Assembly: GCA_951406725.2 (NCBI GenBank)
Contig: OX597822.1
Coordinates: forward strand, 115,878,001-115,942,000
Reading direction: 5' to 3'
Source of the DNA: Octopus vulgaris
Taxonomy: Eukaryota
DNA length: 64,000 nt
Shown here one piece after another: positions 13,388-28,010 of this stretch (within the stretch, counting starts at the first letter, position 1; each line of letters opens with the position of its first letter). A model generated the notes under the pieces. That model saw nothing but the letters and a program-made list of their open reading frames with translations, had not been told where the DNA came from and did not search any database. The translations under genes and the position numbers were made by a program.

Positions 13388-14496
13388 GGAAAGCTGATGT
13401 AAAAATGATGATGTTGATGGTGACACATTAGAATCTGGATTAGTTTATTATTATTAATAAATTCAGTGTCATGACAGTTATAAATTATGAGCACTACAGT
13501 AACTCTGAAGACTATTCCTTTGGATTCGTAGTGTTTCTGACACCAATATCTGTTAACTTGAAGCATTTTGCTTTAAACTTCAGTTTGGCTTTACAGAGCA
13601 AAACGAAAGAATTCTGACCTGATGCCAGAACTTGACAAATACCTTTGTGAGTTAGAAGTGTCAACTGTCTAAATCAACAATGTTACAGAATTAACTTTAC
13701 TAACAGCCTATATTATAATTACCGACAGCCTAAATTATAATTACTAGCTGTAAAGTAAAATGATACATAAGTAAGAAAATAATGGAAAGTGTACATTCAC
13801 ATGAGTGAAATTGGTTTCAAAGAAATATCTGCTGCCTAACGATTATTGTGTTTTTGAAATAACAAGTATTATTTCGCACACAATTTTTTTCCAGTATATT
13901 TACATTGCACACCTGACAATTCATAAGGACAGAACCCTCCCCCCAACTGCCACCTGACCTACTGAAAAGAGCACCCAAAATCAAACCCTACTATATATAT
14001 AAAAAGGAAGGATACATGAGATGTATTTGTGGTGAGGAGCTTTCATAGCTGGAACCCTTTTGCCCCGGAACCAAATAACAAGTTTGCTATTTCTGGTTTG
14101 TTCCACTAATTCACACCCAACAGCAACAGAATCCCCAAAGTCTCCATACATCACTTGTACAGTGGTTCTCAAACTAGCAAACACCAATGCTCCACTGCAA
14201 AAAGATTACTATATTCTTCAACAAACTTAGTTTGGGAAGACAAAATAGAGTTTGTTTTAATATCATTCTTCTTTCTTCGTCATGGAGTTTCACAGGTTTA
14301 ACCATATAAAACCACCTTATTTCTAATAAATACAGCAATTTTGTCTGACCCCCACCTCCTCACCACAGCTAAGCCCCTATTGAAAAACATTGTGTTGCTA
14401 GACATATGTAAATTGTACATTGATAAAAAGTAGATACCAAGTTATATTTCAGATGTAAACTAATAGAAGTTACATAAAAAGTATATGTACTAAAGT

Positions 14497-14800
14497 GGAG
14501 GCGCAATGGCCCAGTGGTTAGGGCAGCGGACTCGCAGTCGGAGGATCGCGGTTTTGATTCCCAGACCGAGCGCTGTGTGTGTTTATTGAGCGAAAACACC
14601 TAAAGTTCCACGAGGCTCCAGCAGGGGGTGGTGGCGACCCTTGTTGTACTCTTTCGCCCCAACTTTCTCTCTCACTCTTTCTTCCTGTTTCTTGAGTAAC
14701 GCTGCGATGGACTGGCATCCCGTCCCGCTGGGGGGAACACATACGCCATAGGAACTGGGCCCATGAGCCTGGCTAGGCTTGGAAAGGGTGCATAAATAAT
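14497..14800 (+). mobile_element. SINE family D, young tRNA-derived copy
   Basis: A-box tggcccagtgg, B-box-like ggttttgattccc, CpG-rich body and AAT tail. TSD-like flanks are aaaagtatatgtactaaa / aaaaatatatactaaa. Confidence 0.85.
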
Positions 14801-16159
14801 AAAAATATATACTAAAAGTTAGTATAAATATTAAAAGTTATATTTCTGATGTAAACTATTAAAAGGTGGTGGCAATTTAGCAGAGTAGTTAGGAGTTTGG
14901 GGGAGAATACCTAGTGGTACTTGATCTGGTCACTTGCAATTCAAAGAGTACACCCTGTTGCCATGGTCACCTTCCCTTTCATCTTTCCACAGTAAAATAA
15001 AAATGTGCCAATTCAGAACAGGGAATTGGAGAAACTGTTAAAGGATCAAATGTGATGTCTTCTGGGATCAGTTCCAAGCTCTTTCTGTGCATTCTGTCAT
15101 CACTGTCATCACTGGTGCCAAGCTGTCCCAACCCATGTGAGTAGCCTTTCCTCTGGATAAACATTGGCGTTGAGGAGAAGGAAGACTTACAAGTATGGGC
15201 GAGTGCGAGACTAACTCAAAGAAATATACACAGGTCTGCCCATACCTGTACAGAGACAAGACCAACATTCACTGCTGGAAGCCTTGCTGAGCTCTGCTGG
15301 TGATGATGTGTCTTCTTTCATCCATCATCTCTCTGAAGATGACCAAATTACCAGCTTTACTCCTTGTGATCAAAATAGGCATAAAATCTATGGTCACAGT
15401 AGGGAGCACATAATAAGAGAATAAGGAGGACCCAGTGCGATTCTTGTTTTCCGTGCAGCCCTCCTCGCTTTAGTTTCTCTGGTACTGCTAGTATTTAGTT
15501 TAAGGAGCTCATAGACATGAGAATCATAACCAGACCAAGTGGAACATAAAAAAAGTAAGGTAACAGAGTTTCCACAACAAATCATTCAATCCTGCAATAC
15601 TATCTCCGACCGTAATTTATAAACAAATGAGAAAGTATAAAAAAAATATATTATTTCAGTATAATGATGATGATGATGATGATATAAGGGATTAATAGTA
15701 GAATAAAGGAATGCTGGCTGGAATCAAGATCAAGGTCAGCAACAAGTCTATTAATCTCTTAAGATTCCTTAGGAAATTCCAAAAGTTTAGAAGAGACAAG
15801 TTGATACAACAGATTTGAGTAAGGCAACACATATCCAAATGTATTGAAAGAATGTGGTGGATGAAGGTATTAAGAAATATAAAGAGCAGATGTGATATTA
15901 GATGAAGTTATAAACGAAGGAAATGGAAATATTTCTCAATGCCATACAGGATGGGAATTCACTGAAACTTCACAATAATTCGTGTAAAATTACTCAATCG
16001 TATCGCAGCAAATATATAACAGGTATGATGTGTCGTTACAGCTGTCAGGTGTCTCAAACGCAGTCTGCTCACTATCATATGACAATAAGTGGAAGCATCT
16101 AATATGGCACAGTGTTATTACACACCGACACAGCAACATCGCCAGTGGTGGTAGCATGA

Positions 16160-16725
16160 CAAAAAGGCACTCAAAACACTGTGCAAATTGGTTGGCATGG
16201 TTTCTACTGCCAGGTGTCCTTCTGAACTGAAGGGCAGCCAGCTGTAGAAACCATGCCAAAGATGGCATTCAAGGCCGATGCAGTCCTGAAGCTCATCAAT
16301 TCCCTGTCAAACCATTCTATCCCAGCCAGCATGGAAAGCGGGTATTTTCTTTTACTTGTTTCAGGCAACCGTGACCATGCTGGAGCACCACCTTGAAGAA
16401 TTTTTAGTCAAACAAATCAACTCCAGTCCCTTATTTTTTAAGCCCGATACTTGCTCTATCAGTCTCTTTTGCCAAACCCCTAAGTTACGAGGATACAAAC
16501 AGACCAAAACCCGTTGTCAGATGGTGTGAAGGACAAACACAGACACACACACAAAGACAAACACACGCCCACATATATATATGAGAGGCTTCTTTCAGTT
16601 TCCATCTACCAAATCCACTGACAAGACTTTGGTCAGCCCGGGGTTTTAGCAAAACGTACTTGCCCAAGATGCCACACAGTGTACCATGTGGTTGGCAAGA
16701 AAACTTGCACAGCCTTGCCTGCACC
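16160..16725. mobile_element. SINE family B (+) abutting SINE family A (-)
   Basis: Family B body at 16160-16345 and family A reverse copy at 16345-16725, followed by a (TA/TTTA)n tract to ~16850. Confidence 0.75.
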
Positions 16726-16765
16726 CATATATATATATATATATATTTATATATATTTATTTATA

Positions 16766-16822
<57 letters not shown>

Positions 16823-17592
16823 TTATTTATATATTTATATATTTATTTATCTACACACACACACAAGCTGGAAACATTTATAGCTTATTGTATTTGGTTA
16901 TAACCCTTTACTTTCTGAATTAAAGCTCCGCCATGGTCCACTTTGCTTTATATCCTTCCAAGGCTGATGAAGTAAGTACGAGGATTAATGCTATTGACTA
17001 CAGAGTCAATAACGTTAATCATACTCGAAAATGGAGACACAGTATGTCTACTGTCTAATGACTAAACATCTGTGTGTGTCTGTGTGCGTGTGTGCCCCTC
17101 CTCCTGAAGTAGATGTATGTATGAAGCATAAACATAGGAACAAATTCCATTGATGACTGTCAAAGAAACTTTAAAAGCTGTTTCATTTTGTAAAGAAAAA
17201 ACATGAAAATCAAAACATTTATTTTGAGATCTGTGACACAGTACTATCGGTAGAATGTAGGACTGTGTCTACTCTGAAATCAATAAATTATATCCACAAA
17301 TCAAAACCTTGAACAATAATCAAAAAAAAAATAACACCATGTTTGAAAAGATGAAGTAACAAACCAGAGCAAAGTTATAAGTTAGTGGAGAAGAGTGAGA
17401 GCGAAAAATAGAGACAAACAGAACTGCAAGTTGATGACATAAGAAGTTATAAGGATGAGATATTTAACAAGCTGAGTGAAATTAGGGTTTGGAGAGACAA
17501 GAAGACAGAATATAAGAGAGGAGGATGAAAGACTGAAAGTTTTCAGTAAGATATCTGTCTTCTGATTTCAGTCTAAATGCTAATACTATAGT

Positions 17593-17915
17593 GAAGATGC
17601 ATGTCTCTGGTTTAGAGTAGCATCAGGCTTACAATCATGAGGTTGTGAGTTTGACTCCCAGACCAGGCTCTGTGTTGTATTCTTGAGCAAGACACTTTAT
17701 TTCACATTGCTCCAGTTCATTCAGCTCTAGAGATGAGTTGTCACATCACTGGTGCCAAGCTGTATCGGCCCCTTTGCCTTTCCTGGACATCATCAGGGGA
17801 AGCTGGTTTGCATGGGTAACTGTTGGTCTTCCATAAACAACCTTGTCTGGACTTGTGCCTTGCAGGGCAACTTCCTAGGTGCAATCCCATGGTCATTTGT
17901 GACCAAAGGGGGTCT
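17593..17915 (+). mobile_element. SINE family E (tRNA head plus CORE-like domain)
   Basis: It reads gttgtgagtttgactcccagacc...tcttgagcaagacactttatttcacattgctccagttcattcagct...tcactggtgccaagctgtatcggcc. Homologues lie at 36932-37110, 38838-39015, 56782-57055 (+) and 42665-42890, 39945-40078 (-). Confidence 0.8.
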
Positions 17916-18884
17916 TATATAACATATATTATACAGTGAGGCATAGATTGGGTGGAAGAGTCATAAAACTGATAAAACAGGAAATGGATGAGTTAGAAAA
18001 CAGAGTAGAGTGAGAAGGATGAGATATATATATGTAGTTATATGATGGCTGATTAGTTGGTACAAGAGAGAAGAAAAGGAAAAAGAAGGTCAAGAGATAA
18101 GACATACAGACTTATCAGGGGATACTTTTAAACCCAGCAGCTTAGATGAGAACTGATGTTGTTCTCATCATTGTAATGTCCCCTTTTCCAGAAGTCAGAC
18201 AGAGATGATTGTGACAGCTTTTCTACAGTCCGATGCCCATGTTTGTTGCCAAGCTTCACCTGTTTCCATCCAAGGTAATGTTTCCCCATGGCTGGACAGG
18301 TGTTCATAGAAGACTGGAAACAGGAGACACCACTTACATGATTGTGATGTCAAGGCGAGGAAACATAAATGCACACACACACACGTACACATGAGGCTAC
18401 TTTCAGTTTCCATCAACCAAATCCACTCACAAGGCTTTGGTCAGCTTCTGACACTCGCCAAAGGTGACATGCAGTGGGGCTGAACCAGAAACCATGAAGT
18501 TGCAAAGCAAACTTCTCCACCACACAGCCATACAATGGTCAAGGAAAGGGTACCCAGTGTAGTGGTCAAAAATACTTTTTGACAAAATCAAACCACATAT
18601 GAAATATTTTGTGAAAGACTCTTTTGACATCATTACAGATAAAAACAAGACATTCACTTGTTTGATTTCTGTATACTGTTTAAGACTTCATCACAACAAC
18701 CTTGTCATAATGAAGACTGAAGGGCTAAAAAGGTGTTGTACAAGACCAGTCGTTTCTAGAAAACACAAACTCTATCATCTTTTCCTGAAAGGTACAATCT
18801 GAAGAAAATACTGACTTTAGTGAAAGTTATATTATTATGCATCTCTTTGCCATACTGGACACAGATATCCCTCCAATATCCAAG

Positions 18885-19110
18885 ACAGCAAGCTGGCAGA
18901 ACGGTTAGCATGTTGGGCAAAATGATGAGGAGCCTTTCCTCTGTCTTTACATTCTGAGTTCAAATTTTGCCAAGGTCAACTTTGCCTTTCATCCTTTCAG
19001 GGTCAATAAAATAAGTATCAATTGAGTACAGGAACTGATGTAATCAACTACCCCCACCCACCCACCTCCCCTGAAATTGCTGGCCTTCTATCAAAATTTG
19101 AAACCAATAT
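18885..19110 (+). mobile_element. SINE family C
   Basis: agctggcagaacggttagc...tctgagttcaaatt...ctttgcctttcatcctttcagggtcaataaaataagta...ttgctggcctt. Confidence 0.8.
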
Positions 19111-21350
19111 TAACAAGCACAATAATCATTTCTTTGACCTCAGTTCACCACTCAAGTGATGTCTTTATATATACATGTGTGTGTGTGAGTGTGTGTGTAC
19201 GTGTGAGTGTGTGTGTTCGTGTGTGCACATACACTTTGAAATGTTTCTATGTGATAATCCTAAAAAAAGCTACATCTATTCAATGAAGGGCTGTTGATTC
19301 CCTCCAAAAGCTCAATAATGAACATCATATCAACCCTCCCTGAATTGAGCTGCAGTCCATTGCAACCCATTCACAGCTATTTAATAATAACTGTAAACAG
19401 TTCAAAAGAAACATTAGCTACTCTAAATATTGTTTTACAAGAGGATGGCATCTCAGAGTAATTAACCACAGCATGGTTTCTTTCCTCTCTCTTTACATCT
19501 CCTGCTGTCTGAGAGGCCTTGCAAAGTTCTCAGATGCTGCCTTTTCCCACTTTAACAAAGAGTAACAAAGATAGGTTAGTCATAAAAACCACACAGGCAA
19601 GAATCAAAGTGAAACTAGAGACCCATCCATATAACTGATAATCAGCGGCATCAGTTTAATTACAGAATATTTCAACACAATAATTAATCACTAAATATCT
19701 AAGATGATTTGCTTACTACGGTTATAATTTTCCAGTCTGTCAACCTCATCTTTGGAATATATATGCAATCATGATATTTACATCTACACTAAATTTTAAT
19801 AACTTTGATTTCCAATTGTACTTGGCTTGGAGACCAATTTCAGTGACAAAAAAGGGTTCAAGCAGATTGAGACAGTGTAGACCTAAAAATTCTAGTATAT
19901 GTACAGTTATTGTTAAGTATTGTAAATATACACTTTAAAGATAAGGCTAACAGTGAGGAAGATTATAATCTTATTTCGATATCAATCAGAGAATGTCTTA
20001 TTCCTCAACATTAGAACACTTTTTTAAAAATACCTTTCATGTTTTGAAAACTTGATTAAGATAAGATGGACAACACAAGTTGTAGGTTAATGACTTAATA
20101 ATTATCACAGTCAACAGAGTATGAAGTGATATTATTATGCAAATATGCATGTAAAGACTTAAAAAATTATTTTGGTTAAAAAACACACACACAAATAAAA
20201 TATATTTGATGGTTTACTGGACTAAGTTCTCTGAGAGAATGTAAAATTAACTTTTATTCTTTTTCCTTTAAACAAACACTAAATTCTACATGTCAAAATT
20301 TTTATGAGGGACGTGTCTACACCTGAGAGAGACAGATAGACAGACAGAGAGGGAGAGAAGGAGAGAAAGAGAGAGAGAGGGGGGGTTATATGACTCAATT
20401 CTATTGATTTGGGGGAATGTTCTAAATGAAAAGAAAAATTCTAAGTGTCAAGTCACTTCGGTCACTCAGTGGTCATGTATTCTCCTTAACTTGGAATTCA
20501 CTTAAGTCTTCCTAAGTATTCCCAGAAAGACGAAAACTGTTTACATATACAAGACAGATGACTTTTAGCAGAATGCTGTTGAGTCATGAATTGAAGGAAC
20601 CAAAGCCAGACAAACAATTGGCTCCATGACAGAACAAACTCTGTAGAATCTGACATGTTCTTTGCTGATTTATACTGAAATTCTCAAATGAAAGCCAAAA
20701 TTTTATTTTGGAAAATAAATACTATTGGTGGTATTGTTATCATGTTTCAATTAAAATTTAAAAATAAAACTCCATTAAGCAACAGGCAGTTGATATCAAC
20801 TATTCAGACTAGATACTTGACCATTTCTGTCAAAGTGGAAAAATCTTTAAGAATAAGCCAAAATAACTAAAATAACAAGTTGCATGGAGGTGGTAGGGAG
20901 GGAAGACACTTCAGTTACTACATGCAATCTGAAATCATTAACTTAAAATATATTGCTCATTATAAAAGTACCTGCTCAGACAAGGAAACAGAAAAAGAAA
21001 AAAAACTGACCAATTAATTACGTTCTATCCATTTTCCTAAATTCAAAAATGTTTTCCAGACTACAAAAATAATAATAATAATATACAAAAAGATTAAAAG
21101 TCTGTATCAGTATAAGTATTTCTTGAAAGACTAACTACTTTCTTAAACATAAAGGTTAAATAGTGGAAGAGAATGACATTAGGTTCATATGTTTTTGATG
21201 TGAAATACTACAACCAGCAGGAAATCAAAACCAGGTTTAAACAGTCAACAATGCAACAGCACAGCACATAACAATACCCTACACACTTGTACTCACAAAC
21301 ATACATCCAGCTTTATATTATTCTCTAATATGTGCAATATACATACATAC

Positions 21351-21429
<79 letters not shown>

Positions 21430-22514
21430 TGAAACAACAGCAATGATAATACTTTTAATTTTTAGTACAAAATTGCTTATTAAAAACAAACTAAATTAAT
21501 TAATGTACTGTTTCTCTAAAGTGCAAAACTAACTATTTTATGTTTCCATGGCAGTGGTATTGAGAAAGAAAACAATGCCAATGAGATAGTCTTGCCATGA
21601 CTGCTTGATATGCAAGAAACAACAGTCATGCCTCCCTTAAATCACACCCTGCCATCAGTTTAGTGGTACATTATTGTAAACCAATGAGTACAATTTTTCC
21701 AGGATAATTCGTTTCATGAAATTAGTAAATTTAATACGGAAACAACTGTATTTGTTTATTAAAAACAAAAACAACAAAAAAACACAGAGATTGGCTAGAA
21801 CCTTCCTTGGCCTTACTCTTTTTCTATCACTCTTTCATTGCATGCGTGCTTGCTCTCTCTCTCTCTCTTTTATACAGTAGTCGGTGAACAAGTTGAAACA
21901 ATTTAGAGCCAAGAGGACCCTTTTTAACCTTGCTGAGGGCAAGAGAACTTCACTAATGTTGATACCATGACAAAATGCCTCCAGTGTGCTTGGTGAAGTG
22001 GTTGGTGTCAGGAAGGAGGGAAGCTGGCCATAAGACCAAAATAAAATGTACAAGTGTCACATGGACTCCTCCAGCCTGTTTACAAGGGCAGCAACTCTGA
22101 ATGAGGCTTGGTTTGGACATTGGCAACTTGTCCAACACATACCTGTATGGAAACCAGAAATAATATGAAGATGACTCTTAAGTCTTTGAGAGGCATTATC
22201 TTTGAAAAGATGATGGTGGTTGTGGTGATGATGAAGAGAATGATAGTGATGATGATGAGGATGATGATTAGCACTAGTCAGTACTTCAGCTCTGTTTGAC
22301 TGAACCTAATACTAGTTTTTAAGAACAATGTAGATTCAAGAGTGCAAGGTTTAGCTGCTACAATGAAGAGGGGGACCAGTTGTTTTATAGATACTCTGCT
22401 AGCTCACCCTAAAACTATGACAAGTTTGACACAACCAAGTGTAATAAAGATGAACGGCTCAAAGACACTGAGTGAACTTAGCAGGTCCCACAGATGCATC
22501 TACTTTTGGTAGAT

Positions 22515-22701
22515 CAGTGCTCTGAAGCCTTTTTCCACTTGGGGTACACTTACATTCTTTTAAACATTTGGCAGCACAGCTAAACTAAAAATACAACTAA
22601 AAGTATAGGGGGGGGGAATTATATTCAGATTACACTGCAGCACACCTAGCACCGTCTCATGGCACATTAGTGTGCCACAGCATACTGGTTGCAGAGCACT
22701 G
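22515..22701. mobile_element. hAT-type MITE
   Basis: TIRs are cagtgctctg / cagagcactg. The 8-bp flanks tggtagat (22507-22514) and tgatagat (22702-22709) match at 7/8. Confidence 0.8.
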
Positions 22702-23329
22702 TGATAGATCAGGTGCCAGGAACAAACTTGATTGTGATAGAGCAGGTATCTGTCTTGGCCAGGTACTGTATAGGAGTGCCTACAGTTACTTGCCAATGGG
22801 ATAAGGCAGAGCCACACATCAAGGAAAGCCAGTGTAACACACCTACAACTGCAGGCATTTCTGGTAAAATTTACATAAAGTAGTTCATTTTGATACCTAC
22901 ATTTGTGGAGGTGTTCATTTCACTAATATGCAAGCCCTCCTAAAGAAAGTTGGAACTGTCATCTTTGTTAGGCCAACATAAATCCCTTGGCCTAACAATA
23001 GCAGACGAGTATCTTTCTCAAATAAAGATACCCCTATTAGCTTATGAGATGGCCTGTCTTTCCCAAGTTCAAACCAAACATTCCTACCAACTTATGGACT
23101 GGCCCATCCAGCTCAACCTCTAATCAAACATGGCCAAGATAAGCAAAACAATAAAATCAGATCTGAACTAAACCAAGGATACTGTGAATGATGGTGACTT
23201 AGTGTACAATAACAGACAGTAATTTAAAGAAAGAACAGCCATAGTTGATTTAGATTTTCAGCCTATTAAGTTGTCTTTTTTCTTTTTTTAATAAATGTAG
23301 AAGAAGGTGGGGAATCACTATTAAATATC

Positions 23330-23835
23330 CAGTTGTTATTCTTAATACAAACTTGTAGTTGTTAAGCTGCTTGGAAAGCATAGTAACCAGGATAAGAATA
23401 GAGAGGGAAAATTGAGGTAGCTTCTGCTGGCCAGAAGAGGATTCTGTTGAGCCAAGAGTGGATTGTACAGTGCTTGGTGCACAAACTGTTTGGCTGTAAG
23501 GTATGAGGTGAATGCAAGACATGCATTGGTTGGAGGGAAATGAAGCATGAACCACTGGATGTGGACGTGAACAATGAGGCACAGATGAGCTGAGAGAAAA
23601 AAGTTAGGTGCAAGAGGAATCACATGTAACGAGGAGATGGGTTAAAGAAGTGCCAGAAGATTCCTGAAGAAGGAACAAGCGGAAGGGACGGACAGGAAAT
23701 AATGGAAGCTACTTTCAGGAGGCTCAACTTCAGCTCTTATGATAAAGGAATGCAACAAGTGATGGATACTGTATGAAGAAAACCCATCCAACCCATGCAA
23801 ACATAGAAAAACAGACGTAAATTGATGATGATGAA
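23330..23835 (+). pseudogene. RTE-clade LINE 3' fragment
   Basis: Decayed translation gives LEGNEA..(W), ELREK-LGARGITC and LKKCQKIPEEGTSGRDG, resembling the RTE ORF C-terminus (LERNEASMLRWMC..LREKLG.RGI..VKKC..VEG..GRGRP). It ends in ccaacccatgcaaacatagaaaaacagacgtaaattgatgatgat. Confidence 0.65.
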
Positions 23836-25526
23836 GAAAACACAATCTGTGTACTTATGAGAATTGCAGCTAGCTAAACCAAAGTTAATGCCACCTACCT
23901 TCGATACGAGTCAATGGTTCATATGTCCCCAGTGGTGTAGCAGTGTGTCTTAGCAAAGACATTTAACTCTCAAGATGTTATCCTATCTAACTACATTATA
24001 GGTTGGTTGTAAACATCAGGGTGACTAAGTACTTGTCAATTTACTTGCAAACAGCACAAAGCATAAATCTTTCGATGAGCCAGAATGGAAAGCAACACTG
24101 AAATTTCATTCTATAAAGACGAAGGAGTAAGTGTTACCAGACATTATAAATCTCGCTTTGTTTCGTATGGAGCCCATTGATGAACGCTTTCTTCCCAACC
24201 CAGCAGCGGTAGATGGTGGTTTATGCCCCAAGATTTCCAAAAGGAAATGTCGCGTTCAAAATATCGAGGATAAAGCCGAGTATCTAACGTATCAAAATAA
24301 AGGTGCATCAGTAAAGCTGTGGTTATATCGTGTTAATTCATTATTATTATTATTATTATTATTGAAGAAGGACAAATTAAAAGTTCTTTAAAAAAAATTA
24401 AGGGAACAGAAATTTATTCAGTTGACTCAGTCCAAAGGACATTACACCATTCAAAGAATTGAGAAAGAATGTTAATGTAATTAATTCATTAGCAAAGAGG
24501 TGAAAAATCCTTTCACTTATTGTCTTAACCAAAAGCGTAATGAGAAATGTTAGATTATGAGACAGAGGCTTAACTATCATCATCATCAATATAGTAAAGA
24601 AAAGACGAGGAACGTAAATGGCCTTTGTATACAACAACAATGTGCAATGTAAAAAAAACATTAGCTGATTATGATCTGACAGGAGCATATTTAGACGAGT
24701 TTGCAGAATTTATTGATGATACCAAAGTTAAGTGGAGCAAGTGTATCATATTGACAAGGCCGTTCAATCAATACCAGGAGTATAATCGAAGCAGAAATTC
24801 TAGGTGTTACGAATTCAGAATCGACAACAGAGACTTGAAATGTTGAGGTAAAAAGCAGGAAGGTCGCAAATGCCAAGAGAGCCGGGTTAAACGAAACTAA
24901 TTATGTTGCTGTCGGTAAAATCCAAATGGAAGATATTTTCATATGAAAAAGGCAAATAAATATGGAATCTCAGACCAATTTTCTCTAATTGGATGGAGAA
25001 CTACTTTAAAGCAGAAATCAATGCCACCTCTTTAGGTGTATAGAGATAATTGTGTAATAATATATATATATATACTCTGTTGTACAGTTTTGTATCATGT
25101 TTATGCATTCTTGTTTAGGTCATTGATGTCAACAAACGAGAAATGCGTGTATACAACATTGCCTGGAGAATTTAAGAAAGGTGTTGAAGCAATGGACACA
25201 TTTCGATATATAATTCTATCTTTTGATATAATGTCGATTGCAGTAAAGGACACGAACGAAGTTGATGAAAGAAGAATATAAAAATATTTGTTCCTAACGA
25301 TACAAAACGCTGTTGGATGAAGATTCAATGGGAAAATCGTTAAATGAAGAAATATTCTGGTGATTTATCTGACAGAAGCAAAAAGCAAAAACAAGACAAA
25401 ACAAAACATCATAGCTGAGAGAATTGGAGAAGAGAAGAATTAATGGAATCAGATCAGAAAAGAGTGAACTTCGACACAAAATCAACGTCTAAATTCCAGA
25501 ATTGTTTATAAAAGTTGGCTAATATA

Positions 25527-25597
<71 letters not shown>

Positions 25598-26260
25598 TGT
25601 AACGTGTGTGAAACTGAGAGGGTAGGTGGAGATTTAGAGTGGAATAATGTTATTTTCTTGTATTTACGTCTATTTCAAAATTGTGAGGATGGCCTTCCCA
25701 GCATTTCTCTGGACCCAAAGCGATCTGGATAAAATTGTCCAACAAGTTGAGAGAGAATGAAGGGGCAGAGAGAAATACAGGCAGCCTTTCGATATCGATA
25801 TATATATATGTATATGTGTTAGGTGCAATAAAACATTAGATTAATAATAGTTGGCGGAAACCCGTTGGGTGCATCAAGTGTTTACACCGATTTAATTCGA
25901 GCTGAAAGGTGGAACGGATAAATTTAGGCAGTGATCAACACCTACCACAACAATTTCGCCAGAAGTGGCCGTTCAAAAGATACACTGACATCAGAGAACA
26001 CGAGACGTGGCGGAATTTGTGTCGAAGAGGAGGAGAGAATATGGTGTGTATTAGTGGCCGATCACACACTTCTCTCTCGTGTCAATGCTTATATATATAT
26101 AGACACACACACATATATATACAACTATACACATACACAATATCACAAGACAAACACATAAACACGAAGTTATTTCCGATTATTTACACGAAATTCGGAA
26201 GACGATAAAGAAAACATGTCACCTTAAAACAAACATTAACAGCGGAATAGAAGCAGGAAC

Positions 26261-26292
<32 letters not shown>

Positions 26293-27153
26293 GAGAGAGT
26301 GAGAGTGAGAGAGAGAGAGAGAGACAGAGAGTGAGTGAGTGAGTGAGAGTTGAAAAAATAGAATCTCACTCAACCCAATTTGAGTCGCTAATTAGTAAAC
26401 GTTGGTGATATTGGGATGAGCACGTGATAAAACAATTGTTTTAGCGGAGAGATCGACACTGAATGATATTATTATAAGGTGAAGAAGATGTAAGGAGGCA
26501 ATAATTTCAGATTGGACGGGAAGATATGAGAAAGGTTCGAGTGAGGAGAGAGACGAAGAATAGAGGCAGTAAATCGACGGTTGTGATGTGTGGAGGAAGA
26601 GCATTAGATTACGGAATGAAGAAGGAAACAAACAAGACTGGCTGACCCTCACCTGTATAATGTTTGTTCCTCGTTTACGCTTGTCTATAAAACACAAGTA
26701 TTAAATTACTCACACAACCGAGACAAAGAGAGAGAGAGAGAGAGAGAGAGATGTGAGCTTATAGAGACGAACTTGTGAAATAACAGCCACAATAAACCAT
26801 TTTAAAAGGTGTGAATGAAAGAAGCTTTATTGGAGCAGTAGTTTATTATATTACACACACACACACCATTGAGAAACCACAAATATACGTGGTACGTCAC
26901 ACATGCACACACACACACAGCCATATGCTTATGGTCGACTGCACACACACACACACACACACACACAGATTATAGACCGTAGATGGACACGCACACATAC
27001 GATTATAGACGAACACACACACACGGTTACAGTTGAACACACACACACATAAACAGTCCATCGGGTCACGTATATATATATGCATCTAGTCACCCAACTG
27101 ATTGCGCATACATATTATACACGAACACAATACCTAAACTCACTCACACACAC

Positions 27154-27208
<55 letters not shown>

Positions 27209-27969
27209 ATAAATAGCTAGCTCCCACACGCGTATACAAGGTTAGAAAGACACAAACACCCACAATGACAAACACCCACATGCATTATCCAAGACAGACA
27301 CACGCCTATTTAGTTAGACAGAAGCAGACACACTTGGCCACATATCACACAGAAGACTTAGTGTTATATAAACCTAGGCACACACACACACACACACTGA
27401 GTCAGTGTGGTTGTAGCAGCATACATAGGTATACATAAACGGTTGTATAGACACGAAGAGTTTCATTTTTTTTTTTTAAGAGAAAGCAATGCGAAAAAAA
27501 TAATCAATCAGATCAATAAAAACTCAATAGGTCACACGCACACGCACACACACACATGCAGTTGCGGAGGTAAACACTTCTACACATGTGAACACATGTG
27601 TAAACAGAAATATGCGCAAAATGAAATACGTAGCAGATTAAATATATATACGCACACACACACACACACATTATATATATGAGGAGAGAGAGAGAGAAAG
27701 AAAGGGAGAGAGAGAGAGTGGGGGGTTCCAAAGTCGGAGGGGTGGGGGGATGAGATAAACGAAAATAAACAAAATGAAAACAATGGATGTGGCTGTGAGG
27801 AGGAGGAGGGGGTGAGTGCACGTACCCGGTGATGGGTGGAAATTGATGATCGAGGGGGGGTAGACAACAAAAGATATAAATAAGGAAAAAACAGGGATTA
27901 TAGGAGAAGAGTGGAGGGAACAAGGAAAGGGATTAAGTCGACTTAACAGAGCAATCAGAGAAGACGTGT

Positions 27970-28010
<41 letters not shown>

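Noticed and set aside
14160-14392. Another hAT MITE (cagtggttctcaa ... ttgaaaaacattg)
   Set aside because: The ends are TIR-like, but the 8-bp flanks do not match, so it is too decayed to call confidently.
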